Shown here: one piece after another, positions 26,654 through 36,120 of the stretch
Numbering within the stretch: position 1 is the stretch's first letter
Layout of the letters: each line of letters opens with the position of its first letter
Source of the DNA: a virus
Virus record (IMG/VR): IMGVR_UViG_3300045988_054358
Reading direction: 5' to 3' (one strand)
DNA length: 42,174 bases
The notes under the pieces: model-generated
The model's input: only the letters and a program-made list of their open reading frames with translations
Told to the model about the DNA's origin: nothing
The model's database searches: none
Made by a program: the position numbers and the translations under genes

Positions 26654-29120
26654 AAAGACCCTCCCATCCACCTGAGACAATCGTAAGAGGCAAAGGACTG
26701 TCATCAACAATACTGATAGCTACATCATCAGTGTTTCTTTGCACAGGGATCTTAAATTTACCTGAATGCAGTGTAACCTTACCCATGATGTTGTCACTCT
26801 TAGAGAAATACTTAGAGGTAGACTTATAGCTATACTCTTGGTTTCTCCCTGTGTCTTTCACCTTTACAGTAAACACACCACTATCAGCAAAATTAACCCA
26901 AAAGTATCTGAGCTGAAGACGTCCAGCATTTTCACTAGTTACTACTCCATTATTACCTTGTTTAATCTTAAGGGTGCTCAATTGATACTCTACAGGAATA
27001 TTCTTGCCTACAATAACATCTCTGCCTCTCCAATCACCCGAGAGAGTTATCTTAGTTCTATTGAAGTCCTGAGTGAATCCCTTAAGGTCTACCAATAAGT
27101 AGCCATCAGAAAACTCACTAGCCCCAGTAGAATCAGAATAAAAATCTGTAAGGCTGTATGTAGTAGTATTAGAGTAATCATCGTAATAACTGCTCCCTTC
27201 AGGTAACTTAACAGAAATCTTATGATCCAAAAAGACTCTATAGGGTTCATTAGAGAAGTCCTTAAGGTTATTCCTTAAAGACAACTTCTCAATATAGAAG
27301 TTACCCCCAACCTTATTTCTAAAGATCAGCCAAATAGTGTCATCAATGACTTCAGCAACATGAACTTCTACTCTGTCCCCAAAGTCCCATTTAGACCACG
27401 ATTGCTGTAACTCTTGTCCACTCTGAATGATATACTTATAGAGATAAACAAGATTAGATTTATTTACTAGAGTTACAATATCGAAGGTAGTATTCCCTGA
27501 TAATCTTTGGATATCATTAGGGATATAACTAGGAATATGAGCAGAGCAATCTTCAGCATCCTTAAGGTCTGATACGTCCTGTACTGTATAGAATCTCATA
27601 AGAGACCCATAGTCTACTCTTGTATTAAAGAAGTAAATGCTAGCCCCAATGTTAATGGGAGCCACAGTAGGCTTATAGACAAACCCCGTAATCTTATCAC
27701 ACTTGACACTCTTAGGTGTCATAGTGCCATCAGAAGACAAAACAAACTGACCCTCTCTTGAGAACAAAATAAGTTCTCTACTAAAGGGAATAGCATGAGT
27801 AAGGTTAACTACCTTATTATCACTTACAGCTACGTCAATAGTATCTGTATCAGCAATTACAGCACTAGACTTAAACCAGAAGTTAAAGAAACTAGAGGCT
27901 TCACTTAAGATAATGTTTTCCCCAGAGATAAACCCGAGTCTATTTCTGAAGAAGAAAATATCATTGATAGTGTGTCCCACAAAGGAAGGCTCAGGATTAG
28001 AGTCATCATCTCCTGCTTCTCGTTCGTCCCAGTCAAGTTGCTTAAAGGTGAATGTCCCATTGGCTTCCCTAATGAGACCCCAAGGCATTGTAGAGTTCTT
28101 AAGTTTATACTTATGATTAGGGGCTACACATTCCTGCCATACGGACTTAGCAGATACCCACTTGACATAATAGTCATCATCAGTGGAACTAGAAGTTCTA
28201 CCTTTGACTTTAATAATGTACCCTTCAGGGGCAACCACAGGAAGCTTATTTACATTGTCTACTTCATTACGGATGAGCAACATAGACTGCCCACCGTAGC
28301 CATCTCTTACATCTGACTGAAATGTACCCCTGTCTCTTCTCTGAAGGTAAAGCACAGAGGATCCTAAAAGACCTCTATTCCATGTACCACTTGGTAATGG
28401 AGACCCATTAGTCCAATGAGTATAGCCCCATTCAGCAGTCCCTGACTCGGCTACCCATGAATCGTAACTATAGTCATCTTTAGGATAACCACCATTAGGA
28501 TCATCCCCGTCACCATTCATGGATTTCCACAAGGCTCTTGCAACAATATCTGTAGTAGCCCAAAGAGCCTGCTTAGCTTCACTACCGTCGGCTGTAATCA
28601 TGTTGGCAACTTCACTGTTGTTCACACGAATACTAAAGACTCTACCATAGTTGGATGTCTTTACCCAATAGAGGGTACAGTTTTCCCAACCACCATCAGA
28701 CCAGTAGGGTTCCATTTCTACCTTCACTTTAGTGTTTACAATGAAGGTATAATCAGCTACAGTGACTAACTTAATATCAGTCTCAGGGTTACTAATATTA
28801 GACAGGTAGGCTTTACCATTAGGGAAATTAACTGTGAGCTTATTACCATTAAAGTCAAATACTTCGAGGTCTCCATTAACGATTCTCACAAAGTATCTTT
28901 CATTAACATCACGGTTAATCACGTGCCACTTACTAGTCTTATCCCCAAGGGTAGTCTTAAGTTTCCCTACACGAACACTAGGGGGTCTCTTCTGAAGCCC
29001 ATAGACTTCACTAGAGAACCCATTGATTTGTTCTTCAAGCTGATCAGGATAGCGGATAATAGGAGGTTGCTGAGACACACCACCCTTAAAGGACAGAATG
29101 TCTTGAGAGATTAAACTCAT
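26628..29120 (-). CDS. tail tubular protein B (gp12-like)
   Basis: 830 aa. N-terminal MSLISQDILSFKGGVSQQPPIIRYPDQ..Q.NG.SSE..GLQKRPP is near-identical to T7 gp12. Confidence 0.9.
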   Translation of the reverse strand: MSLISQDILSFKGGVSQQPPIIRYPDQLEEQINGFSSEVYGLQKRPPSVRVGKLKTTLGDKTSKWHVINRDVNERYFVRIVNGDLEVFDFNGNKLTVNFPNGKAYLSNISNPETDIKLVTVADYTFIVNTKVKVEMEPYWSDGGWENCTLYWVKTSNYGRVFSIRVNNSEVANMITADGSEAKQALWATTDIVARALWKSMNGDGDDPNGGYPKDDYSYDSWVAESGTAEWGYTHWTNGSPLPSGTWNRGLLGSSVLYLQRRDRGTFQSDVRDGYGGQSMLLIRNEVDNVNKLPVVAPEGYIIKVKGRTSSSTDDDYYVKWVSAKSVWQECVAPNHKYKLKNSTMPWGLIREANGTFTFKQLDWDEREAGDDDSNPEPSFVGHTINDIFFFRNRLGFISGENIILSEASSFFNFWFKSSAVIADTDTIDVAVSDNKVVNLTHAIPFSRELILFSREGQFVLSSDGTMTPKSVKCDKITGFVYKPTVAPINIGASIYFFNTRVDYGSLMRFYTVQDVSDLKDAEDCSAHIPSYIPNDIQRLSGNTTFDIVTLVNKSNLVYLYKYIIQSGQELQQSWSKWDFGDRVEVHVAEVIDDTIWLIFRNKVGGNFYIEKLSLRNNLKDFSNEPYRVFLDHKISVKLPEGSSYYDDYSNTTTYSLTDFYSDSTGASEFSDGYLLVDLKGFTQDFNRTKITLSGDWRGRDVIVGKNIPVEYQLSTLKIKQGNNGVVTSENAGRLQLRYFWVNFADSGVFTVKVKDTGRNQEYSYKSTSKYFSKSDNIMGKVTLHSGKFKIPVQRNTDDVAISIVDDSPLPLTIVSGGWEGLYVRRTQKV

Positions 29121-29129
29121 GTATCCTCC

Positions 29130-29708
29130 TTAGCTTCTACCAATATTGCCACTATTGAAAGTATCATCATTGTAGACATTATAATTACCTGTCTTAAGTT
29201 CAAAATCTACAATGGCACTATATGCTTCACTTTCAGCAAACTGTAAAGAAGCATCAATTTCCTGAGCACCCAAGAATCTCATCTGAAAGAGCCTAGCAGT
29301 TCTAACAGTGATATACTTGCGGAACACCTCAGGTAATTCATCAAACTGCAAGTATCTAATAAGAGTTACAGTAAGACCATTTGGAAACTCAGATGTTCTA
29401 CTTGCAATGTCGAAAAAATAGCCTGACTGCCGAACCAATTGATACCCATCGCTATAGAACACTAAATAGTTCTCAGGACAAGGCACCCTATTGGAATCGG
29501 TGTCAGGCTGTAAAGTTACAGAATCTTCGGTATTAAAATACCAACCCCTAGATTGAATCTCTCTGCTAGTAGCCTCAAGGAGTCTCTTAGCATTGATAAC
29601 ATCTACATCAAGACTTTCATCAAGGGTATCTACAGGGCTAGACCCAATAGAGGATAAAATTTCATTAACTGCCTCAAGTTCACTTTGAGGTGTCGGTATG
29701 TACGTCAT
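29130..29708 (-). CDS. tail tubular protein A (gp11-like)
   Basis: 192 aa. ELEAVNEILSSIG..PV.TL......NA.R.L....R.IQSRGW.FN.E matches T7 gp11. Confidence 0.9.
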   Translation of the reverse strand: MTYIPTPQSELEAVNEILSSIGSSPVDTLDESLDVDVINAKRLLEATSREIQSRGWYFNTEDSVTLQPDTDSNRVPCPENYLVFYSDGYQLVRQSGYFFDIASRTSEFPNGLTVTLIRYLQFDELPEVFRKYITVRTARLFQMRFLGAQEIDASLQFAESEAYSAIVDFELKTGNYNVYNDDTFNSGNIGRS

Positions 29709-29796
29709 TCTTCTTTCTTCCTCTCTTAGGTTTATCTACTTTAGGAGTCTCAGGAGGAGTTTCTTTAGGTTCCTCCTGAGGCTTCTTCATAGATTC

Positions 29797-29842
29797 CAAA
29801 ACAGAGGAAGCATAAATGGTAACGATACTCATAGATGCTTCC
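29797..29842 (-). terminator. candidate late terminator (T-phi analogue): 8-bp stem GGAAGCAU/AUGCUUCC followed by UCUGUUUUGG
   Basis: Inverted repeat 13 nt downstream of the spliced capsid stop. A U-rich tract follows. The loop is large (21 nt), so the call is tentative. Confidence 0.35.
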
Positions 29843-29852
29843 TTTTGGTCAA

Positions 29853-29919
29853 TTAACCCGCAGACTGAGCAGTCTTCACAAAGAGACCCACAGCTTCAGG
29901 ACGGAGACCACCGTGGCCC
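29853..29919 (-). CDS. major capsid protein, exon 2 (C-terminal 21 aa: (M)GHGGLRPEAVGLFVKTAQSAG)
   Basis: Hand-translated. T7 10A ends AMGHGGLRPEAAGAVVFKVE. The split AUG codon is completed by AU from exon 1. Confidence 0.8.
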
Positions 29920-30815
29920 CAAACTAACATATTTGTTAGCTAGACTATCGCTTACCCCTTAGGGTTCTTTTCATTTAGTCGTTGCTTGTGCCAATAAAGG
30001 ATCATCTCCGCATCATGACGTTTAAGTCTTAGATGTGGAATGATTGCCTTTAATACTTTAGTAGCAATTCCGTAGAATGATGCACCAAAGTTTAAACGAA
30101 ACTCTTTTATGTTCTCTTTAGTTGTCTTGTAGATCTTACCACCGTAAGTTCTCTGTATCAACTCTACAGAACATACATCGGATTTTTGTACATGGATCTT
30201 AAGCCAATGCTCTCTTTCTGAGTGCCTAAGATATCCGTCACCATCAATATACCCTGCCAACCATGCAGGACTAGCGTTCTTCTTATATCTAGTAGGCCCT
30301 GTATCAGCCCTAGATTCTTTGGCAAACTTTCTTAATTCGTCTACCTGCTCTTGAGTCAGGTTTACCCCAGCTAGCTCTCTACGCTTTTCGAGCATTCTCT
30401 GAAAGTGTTTGCCTTTGATTACCATATGTTTAATGATATGTGGCAAGAACTTCTCTAAGTCATTCTTACCTGCTACTTTCCAAAATTTTTGATTCTTGGA
30501 TGTTATATCAGTGACACTGCCTACGTCGTAAGCATCTCTTAAGAATTGTAGAAGTTTAAATCCTCTACCTCGATTATCAATCTGAGTAATCCCAAACTGT
30601 AGTCCTATACGAAAGAATCCATCTACAGTTTTATTAAAGTGGAAAGAAATGGCTCCGTCAGCATCGGCGAAACCTGCAACATATTTATTTAGAGTTTCAT
30701 TATATTTACTCATCTTTGTATATACCTATACTGTTTTATGAGTTAATTGGCTTCAATCGGGTTGTCTATAAAGAGTTTCCCGTTGTTTAGAAAAGATTAC
30801 GCGACAGGTTAGTTT
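29920..30815 (-). mobile_element. group I intron (896 nt) in the major capsid gene
   Basis: The 5' exon ends ...GCGAU. The intron ends ...GUUAGUUUG. Core elements: P CAACGGGAAAC (30771-30783), Q CAACCCGAUUG (30744-30756), R CAACGACUAAAUG (29972-29984, inside the HEG ORF 3' end), S AAGCGAUAGUCUAG (29939-29953). Confidence 0.8.
29952..30713 (-). CDS. LAGLIDADG homing endonuclease (double-motif), intron-encoded
   Basis: 253 aa. Motif 1 YVAGFADADGAISF and motif 2 AWLAGYIDGDGYL, each with a downstream helix. Confidence 0.85.
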   Translation of the reverse strand: MSKYNETLNKYVAGFADADGAISFHFNKTVDGFFRIGLQFGITQIDNRGRGFKLLQFLRDAYDVGSVTDITSKNQKFWKVAGKNDLEKFLPHIIKHMVIKGKHFQRMLEKRRELAGVNLTQEQVDELRKFAKESRADTGPTRYKKNASPAWLAGYIDGDGYLRHSEREHWLKIHVQKSDVCSVELIQRTYGGKIYKTTKENIKEFRLNFGASFYGIATKVLKAIIPHLRLKRHDAEMILYWHKQRLNEKNPKG

Positions 30816-31756
30816 ATCGCGAATTTAGCAATGATCTGATCGGCCTGATATTCAGCTCGGCGAGCACGTTCAAGAGCCAAATCTTTCAGCTTAACAGTAC
30901 CCACAGCGGAACGATGGAAGACAATACCCTGAAGACCAGCAGTAGCAACCTTCGTATTCAGAGTGTGCTTACCATCAATGCCTTCATTGAGGAGGTTCGG
31001 GGTTTCGATAATCTGGAAACCACAAATGTTCTGAATCTTAGACCCATCACCACCCCAGAAGGCTTGATAGTTGGCAGAATCGGGGAACAAAGCACGGATC
31101 AGAGCAGAGTAACCATCAGGGGTGAGCAGGCAGTAACGGTCACCCTGAGGCACATAGTTCTTGGTGAACTGTGCACGAGCCGCCACAAGACCCTCAAGAA
31201 TCTTGTTGCCATAAGCCGCAGTCTGATCAATATCAGCACCAGTCACAAACTCAAATGCCTTACCAGTGCCCTTGGCGCCACCAGTCACGTCAGGAATGTT
31301 ACCATCCTTACTCGTAGCATCAATAGCCGCCTCATTGGCAAGTTCATTGATAATAGCACAGTCAGCACCCTGAGCAAGTGCTTCACCCAACTGCTTGGAG
31401 TATTCCGCACGAACGTCATAATGGTTCATTGCGTCTTCAATATCCGTAATAAGGACATCAGAAGTCAAGAGACCGTCAATAGAAATAACTCGTTCGTTGT
31501 GCTGAATAGCTTTACGCTGATCATCAAGAGAGTTACCGGGTTCAAGGTACTTAGCAATTGCACGACCCATCACAGGAAAGCTCGCGCTCTTTCCACTTGA
31601 AATAGTACGCACAATGTGCTTGTTCATCATGGTGGATGTCCGAGTGAAAGCCGTAAGGACTTCACCAGCAAACACCTTCAGGAACAACTCACGTCGATCA
31701 GAACCACCGAGTTTCTGACCAGGATCGGAAATAGAAGTAGCAGTAAGAGCCGCCAT
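30816..31756 (-). CDS. major capsid protein, exon 1 (313 codons; unspliced frame ends ...AKFAIN*)
   Basis: LFLKVFAGEVLTAFTRTS...HIVRTISSGKSASFPVMGR...FHRSAVGTVKLKDLALERARRAEYQADQIIAKFA is about 60% identical to T7 gp10A. Confidence 0.92.
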
Positions 31757-31802
31757 ATTAGTTTTATTTTCCTTTTTTAGATTTACTTTAGTTAGTTTTT
31801 AT

Positions 31803-32627
31803 TTAAAAAAGACCATTAGAGAGGGACATCTTGCGTTCCACACTAATAGTGTAAGCACGATCAATGCCATAACGAGGATCACTCATAGCTTTGATCATTT
31901 CATCACGCCCAGAGAATCCCTTAGGGGCACTCTTAGAGACACCCCCAAGGAGGGTAGCCTTTCGAGTTCCCTGTTTAGCAACTCTCTTAGCCTGAATACC
32001 ATCAAGAATAAGCTTAACAGCATTCAAATTGTCACTATTGACTGCCTCATTGTAGGCATCAAGTTCAGCCTTAGAGAGGTTCCCCTTCATCCAAGTCTGC
32101 AACTCTCGGAAGTCCTTCTCACCACCTACGTGATTCATGACATCCTGAGCATACTTATTGTCAATAGCCTTTCGGGTTTCTACAAAGCCCTGAATGACTT
32201 CCTTGGGATACCCTGCCTTCTCAAGAGCCTCATAAGTCTTCTGAGAAAGTTCACCATTGTTCTGATATTCTTCAATGGCACCAAGGAAATCAACACCTTT
32301 AGAGATCAGGTCTTTACCAAGTGCTTCAATAGCCTTATCATTAGATTCTCTCTGAGTATCTAAAGAGGCTTCTTCACTAGCCTTGGTGTCTTCTGCACCC
32401 TCCTGAGGTTCTTCAGGTGTTTCTTCTTTAGGGGCTTCTTCGTCAGCAGAACCATCAAGGTCATCAGTGGCACCTTCAGTGCCCATCTGAAGGATTTCCC
32501 CTGAGTTAGTTTCTTCAACAACTACATCCTTAATAGCATCTGCTTCACTACCCGTAACTGCATCCTTACCATAAAACTCTTCATTAGAGTTTACTTCAGG
32601 ATTTTCATTGGTTTCAATATCTGCCAA
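31803..32627 (-). CDS. scaffolding protein (gp9-like)
   Basis: 274 aa. Very acidic N-terminal half. Lies between portal and capsid. Confidence 0.7.
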   Translation of the reverse strand: MADIETNENPEVNSNEEFYGKDAVTGSEADAIKDVVVEETNSGEILQMGTEGATDDLDGSADEEAPKEETPEEPQEGAEDTKASEEASLDTQRESNDKAIEALGKDLISKGVDFLGAIEEYQNNGELSQKTYEALEKAGYPKEVIQGFVETRKAIDNKYAQDVMNHVGGEKDFRELQTWMKGNLSKAELDAYNEAVNSDNLNAVKLILDGIQAKRVAKQGTRKATLLGGVSKSAPKGFSGRDEMIKAMSDPRYGIDRAYTISVERKMSLSNGLF

Positions 32628-32663
32628 AATTAATCTCCAATAGCTTGCTATTCACAAGCCTAG

Positions 32664-33108
32664 TTATTGCTGAGTAGCTTGGTTTACAGCTACCTCATTG
32701 GCTCCCTCAATGGCTTGCTGATCCATCTGAGCCTGATTGATATCTGCCTGAGCTTCTTCAGGCGTCTTAATGATCCCATTAGCGTCAATCCCTGCCGCCG
32801 CAAAGATTCTCGTAAAGAGACCCGAGTAGTTCAATACCTGTTGCCCTTCAGGGAACTGAACAATCAGCTGAGTAACTTCTACAAGTTTCTGTAAGTCTGC
32901 CCCACGACCAAGAGCATCAAGACCAGTAATAATAGTAGGCTCAATGTTCTCACCAATGTTGGCATCCGTGGGGAGCATGCTCATAGACTGCATCTGATTA
33001 AAGATACAGTTCACCAAAGGAATCTGAAGTTCCTGAGAGAGCAAGCTATAGACACCACCAAGGGTATCTTCAAGTTCTCCAGCAACATATCGGATTTCTT
33101 CTGCCGTT
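32664..33108 (-). CDS. head-tail connector (portal) protein, exon 2
   Basis: TAEEIRYVAGELEDTLGGVYSLLSQELQIPLV... matches T7 gp8 TAEEIRYVASELEDTLGGVYSILSQELQLPLV. Confidence 0.88.
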
Positions 33109-33859
33109 CTTTTATATTATCGGGGAGTCGTTAATTCCCCACTTATAGTTACCTATAAGAATAGACTATCTCTTACCTAAAGGTTTCTACATTTCGAGCC
33201 ACTTGGCCCTACTCCTTGCGGATAGTCGTTACACTCACTTAACCTTCTTGGCACCTGTAACCTTAGCCCAAGATTTACCCTTCCAAATACCACTGATAGT
33301 AGTCCTAGAAACGTCCATTTTGTAGCGATTCTTGAACTGTGTGGGTGTCAGCCCACTATCTCGGAATTTGTAAATAAAGAGAACTTCTGATGAAGTTAAC
33401 TTATGAGTCCCGATAAGTTCCCCGTATTGCTCCATATGGAAACCGTTGTCTCTACAGTGTCTGATGTTCTGTTGAGCAGTACACCACTCTAAGTTATCAG
33501 CAGAGTTATTATAACGATTACCATCCTTGTGATTAACTTGGGGGTAATTATTAGGATTCGGGATAAATGCTTGAGCAACAAGACGATGCAAGGGAATAAA
33601 CTTAGAGCAATGGTCTGCCCCTAAGTGTATCTTCACATATCTGTTGTTCTTGGTTATAGATGTACCTTTAACCCATTTACCATTATCATTATTCAAGATA
33701 GTTCCATCTTCAAATAATGTATAGTTGTAATAGCACGGAAAAGGTAATAATTTATTAAGGTTGGTATTTCTCATAGAGTTAAACACCTCGTTAGCTCGGT
33801 ATTGTCCCCGAAGGGAGGTTCACCGAATTAGTAGAATTTATAGAGAGCCACTTTAGTTA
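33109..33859 (-). mobile_element. group I intron (751 nt) in the portal gene
   Basis: Exon 1 ends ...AGGGU. The intron starts UAACUAAAG and ends ...AUAAUAUAAAAG. Splicing gives GUA (Val) then ACG GCA GAA = V-T-A-E as in T7 (GERVTAEE). Core elements: P AAUUCGGUGAAC (about 33818-33829), Q GACAAUACCGAGC (33793-33806), R AACGACUAU (33231-33240), S AGAGAUAGUCUAU (33161-33175). A UUCG tetraloop hairpin is present. Confidence 0.85.
33235..33774 (-). CDS. HNH homing endonuclease, intron-encoded
   Basis: 179 aa from the ATG. HLHRLVAQAF...VNHKDGNRYNNSADNLEWCTAQQNIRH is the His-Asn-His core. Confidence 0.85.
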   Translation of the reverse strand: MRNTNLNKLLPFPCYYNYTLFEDGTILNNDNGKWVKGTSITKNNRYVKIHLGADHCSKFIPLHRLVAQAFIPNPNNYPQVNHKDGNRYNNSADNLEWCTAQQNIRHCRDNGFHMEQYGELIGTHKLTSSEVLFIYKFRDSGLTPTQFKNRYKMDVSRTTISGIWKGKSWAKVTGAKKVK

Positions 33860-34974
33860 ACCCTCTCGCCTTGTCTTTGTACCGCAGAATTCAAGAGGAA
33901 GCAGTAAGACAGTCTAGCTTCAATATCAGAAGCAGTAGCCTGACACACCTGCAAGTCACTTGTCTTCTGAATCTGCACAGGCATAATATCTTCAGGTTTA
34001 CCCTTTACGAAGGCCCCATTTTCACACTTGGCAAGTTCCCTAATATTAGTCTGACAAGAGGGACTAACCAAGAAGATAACCTTGGCACTCAGCATGGAGA
34101 TATCGACAATAGCCTTAGAGAGATTCTCAAGGGAAATTAAGTCACCCAAATAGTCATCAATAAAGCTTCGTCCATAGGATTCCCCATCACGCTTAAAGAA
34201 TCGAATAGGAATCCAAGGGAGCTTATTCATGGGGAATGTCTGTTCACTCCCCTCGACTACCTGCTCATTGATTTCCTGATAAGACTGCCACTGATAGGAC
34301 TCACCTTGATTGACTCGGAACACATGAGTATAGATATCAACTTTCTCATTGATCTCTGCATCATCAGCATTTTCCATGTATTCCAAAAGGTTCTCAGGAA
34401 GAGAACCCTTAGAGACAGTATCTTTAGTGACAATCTGAAGGACATTCCCAGTGCCATCTCTCTCTACTACATAGTCTCTCAAGTGGTAACACTTTACACC
34501 ACCTTCTTTAGGCGGAAGAAACAGCAGTGCATTACCTGAAATGATGAGCTGTTTGAGAGCATCAAAGAGAGTAGGTCTAAAAGAAATACTCTCAATGTAT
34601 CTCATCATAGCTTGTTCCATCATAGACAAGCCATAGTCAATCTGTTCCTTAGTATCAGGGTCTGCCTGATCCAACTTCTGCTGATTCTCAGTATCAAGAC
34701 CCAACCTAAAGAAGGGCTGAGAGGGGGGCAACAAGGCAAGCAAAAGTTTAGAAGCTAGATTGTTTACACCACGAGCACCCACAGAGTTATAAGGAGTGTC
34801 ATAAGTCGTAGAACTATTATCAGATTCCTTAGGGAATGCCTTGGGAATCGTATAGGTAGCACACTTCTCTGCTCTCTGAGTGTAATCATCACGCTCCTGA
34901 GTAAGACGATTATAGGTTGTCTTAGCACCTAATTCTTGCATCTCTGCAAGTACATTATCACTACTAGTTGCCAC
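33860..34974 (-). CDS. head-tail connector (portal) protein, exon 1
   Basis: YNRLTQERDDYTQRAEKCATYTIPKAFPKESDNSSTTYDTPYNSVGARGVNNLASKLLLAL...NSAVQRQGERV aligns with T7 gp8 residues 1 to about 375. Confidence 0.9.
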
Positions 34975-35000
34975 TAATCATCCTTTTCTCATAAGAAATA

Positions 35001-35522
35001 TTATTTCTCATACATAAACTCATATGTTGTTTTGTACCCTGTCTTCTCAAAGGCATTCTTGACAAGTTTGGCATCATTGGAAGACCCCCCTCCAACAGCC
35101 CTATCGGCTACACCCTTGTCAACCAAATCCTTAAGGTATTCTGCTGTGTGCCTAGAGACCCCAGCAGAGTATCGGGTACTATCAAAGCGAATCTGTAATT
35201 GTTCTATCAGTGTCTTAGTTGTTGCCTTACTAAACCACCCACCCACTCCCTCACAATAGAACAATGAGAGACCCCTCTCAGTACCCGTTTCTTCATCACA
35301 CCAAAGAACCATATAGATCTTACCCGGGATTACTTTAGTGTGATCCTGATGAATTTCTACATTATTTCTTATTGCTTCCTCAAATACTTTCTTAATAGAA
35401 AAACTATCAAGATCAGCATAGAGTTTAATTCCCTTATAGCAATTACTCTTATCAATATACTCTAGGCTCTTCTTAAGATAATCCCCAGCCTTAGAGACAT
35501 CATAGGGTACAAAAGCAAACAT
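35001..35522 (-). CDS. hypothetical protein (gene 7.7 position)
   Basis: 173-aa ORF. Confidence 0.4.
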   Translation of the reverse strand: MFAFVPYDVSKAGDYLKKSLEYIDKSNCYKGIKLYADLDSFSIKKVFEEAIRNNVEIHQDHTKVIPGKIYMVLWCDEETGTERGLSLFYCEGVGGWFSKATTKTLIEQLQIRFDSTRYSAGVSRHTAEYLKDLVDKGVADRAVGGGSSNDAKLVKNAFEKTGYKTTYEFMYEK

Positions 35523-35617
35523 AACGGTTTACCTATTTACAAAATGGGAACCTTTCTTAGGCCCCTGTGGTTTCTGAGGATCATCCCCAACAAAGGGGTC
35601 TCGTTCTTCAGTATTAC

Positions 35618-35863
35618 TCATACAACATTAAGACCTCTAGTAGCCCCACCAGAGTTTTCTCCGGTGCTTACCGACAGGCTTCTCTTACCTGCTCTCTTCT
35701 TTTTGGTAACAGCCTTATCAGGGATGTCTTCAGACCCTGAATACTGACCAGTGATATCTGTAGGACTAACTGCGGGAGCAGAGATTTCTACAGTTCCCCC
35801 ATCAGAGCCCCCACCAAATACATGCCCTACGACCTTCTTAAATGCTTTTTTAAGTCCACCCAT
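35618..35863 (-). CDS. gp7.3-like tail/virion protein
   Basis: 81 aa. C-terminal KKKRAGKRSLSVSTGENSGGATRGLNVV matches T7 gp7.3 GRKKARAGGKKSLSVARSSGGGINI. Confidence 0.6.
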   Translation of the reverse strand: MGGLKKAFKKVVGHVFGGGSDGGTVEISAPAVSPTDITGQYSGSEDIPDKAVTKKKRAGKRSLSVSTGENSGGATRGLNVV

Positions 35864-35889
35864 AGTTACGACCCTGTTTATGCAATTGC

Positions 35890-36120
35890 TTACGCCACAT
35901 TAAGACCAGCATTACTTCTAGTAATCCCTGAGTCAATTTTAAGAGAGGATTTCCCTCTACGTTTCTTAATACTTTCCTGAGACTGACCACCAAGTTCAGG
36001 ACTCTTGACTTCCTGCGGTGGTTCATCCAGTTTAGGAGCCGCCTGCTTATTGATAACATCTACGTTACCCACAGAAGTAGCCCCAAAGATTTTATTAAAT
36101 ACTCTGCCAATAGCACCCAT
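35890..36120 (-). CDS. gp6.7/gp7.3-like paralogue
   Basis: 76 aa. It shares its termini with the neighbouring ORF (N-terminal MGAIGRVFNKIFG and C-terminal ...KKRRGKSSLKIDSGITRSNAGLNVA). Confidence 0.55.
   Translation of the reverse strand: MGAIGRVFNKIFGATSVGNVDVINKQAAPKLDEPPQEVKSPELGGQSQESIKKRRGKSSLKIDSGITRSNAGLNVA

Noticed and set aside
30714-30815. Stem-loop CGCGAUAAACUAACCUGUCGCG overlapping the unspliced capsid stop, considered as a -1 frameshift stimulator like T7 10A/10B
   Set aside because: No slippery heptamer precedes it. The sequence lies at the 5' splice site and intron 5' end, where P1/P2 pairing is expected, so the intron explanation is simpler.
31757-31802. Scaffold-capsid intergenic region as the site of a phi10-like late promoter
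   Set aside because: The gap is 46 nt and is AT-rich with only an SD-like AAGGAAAA. No match to the 23-bp promoter consensus.
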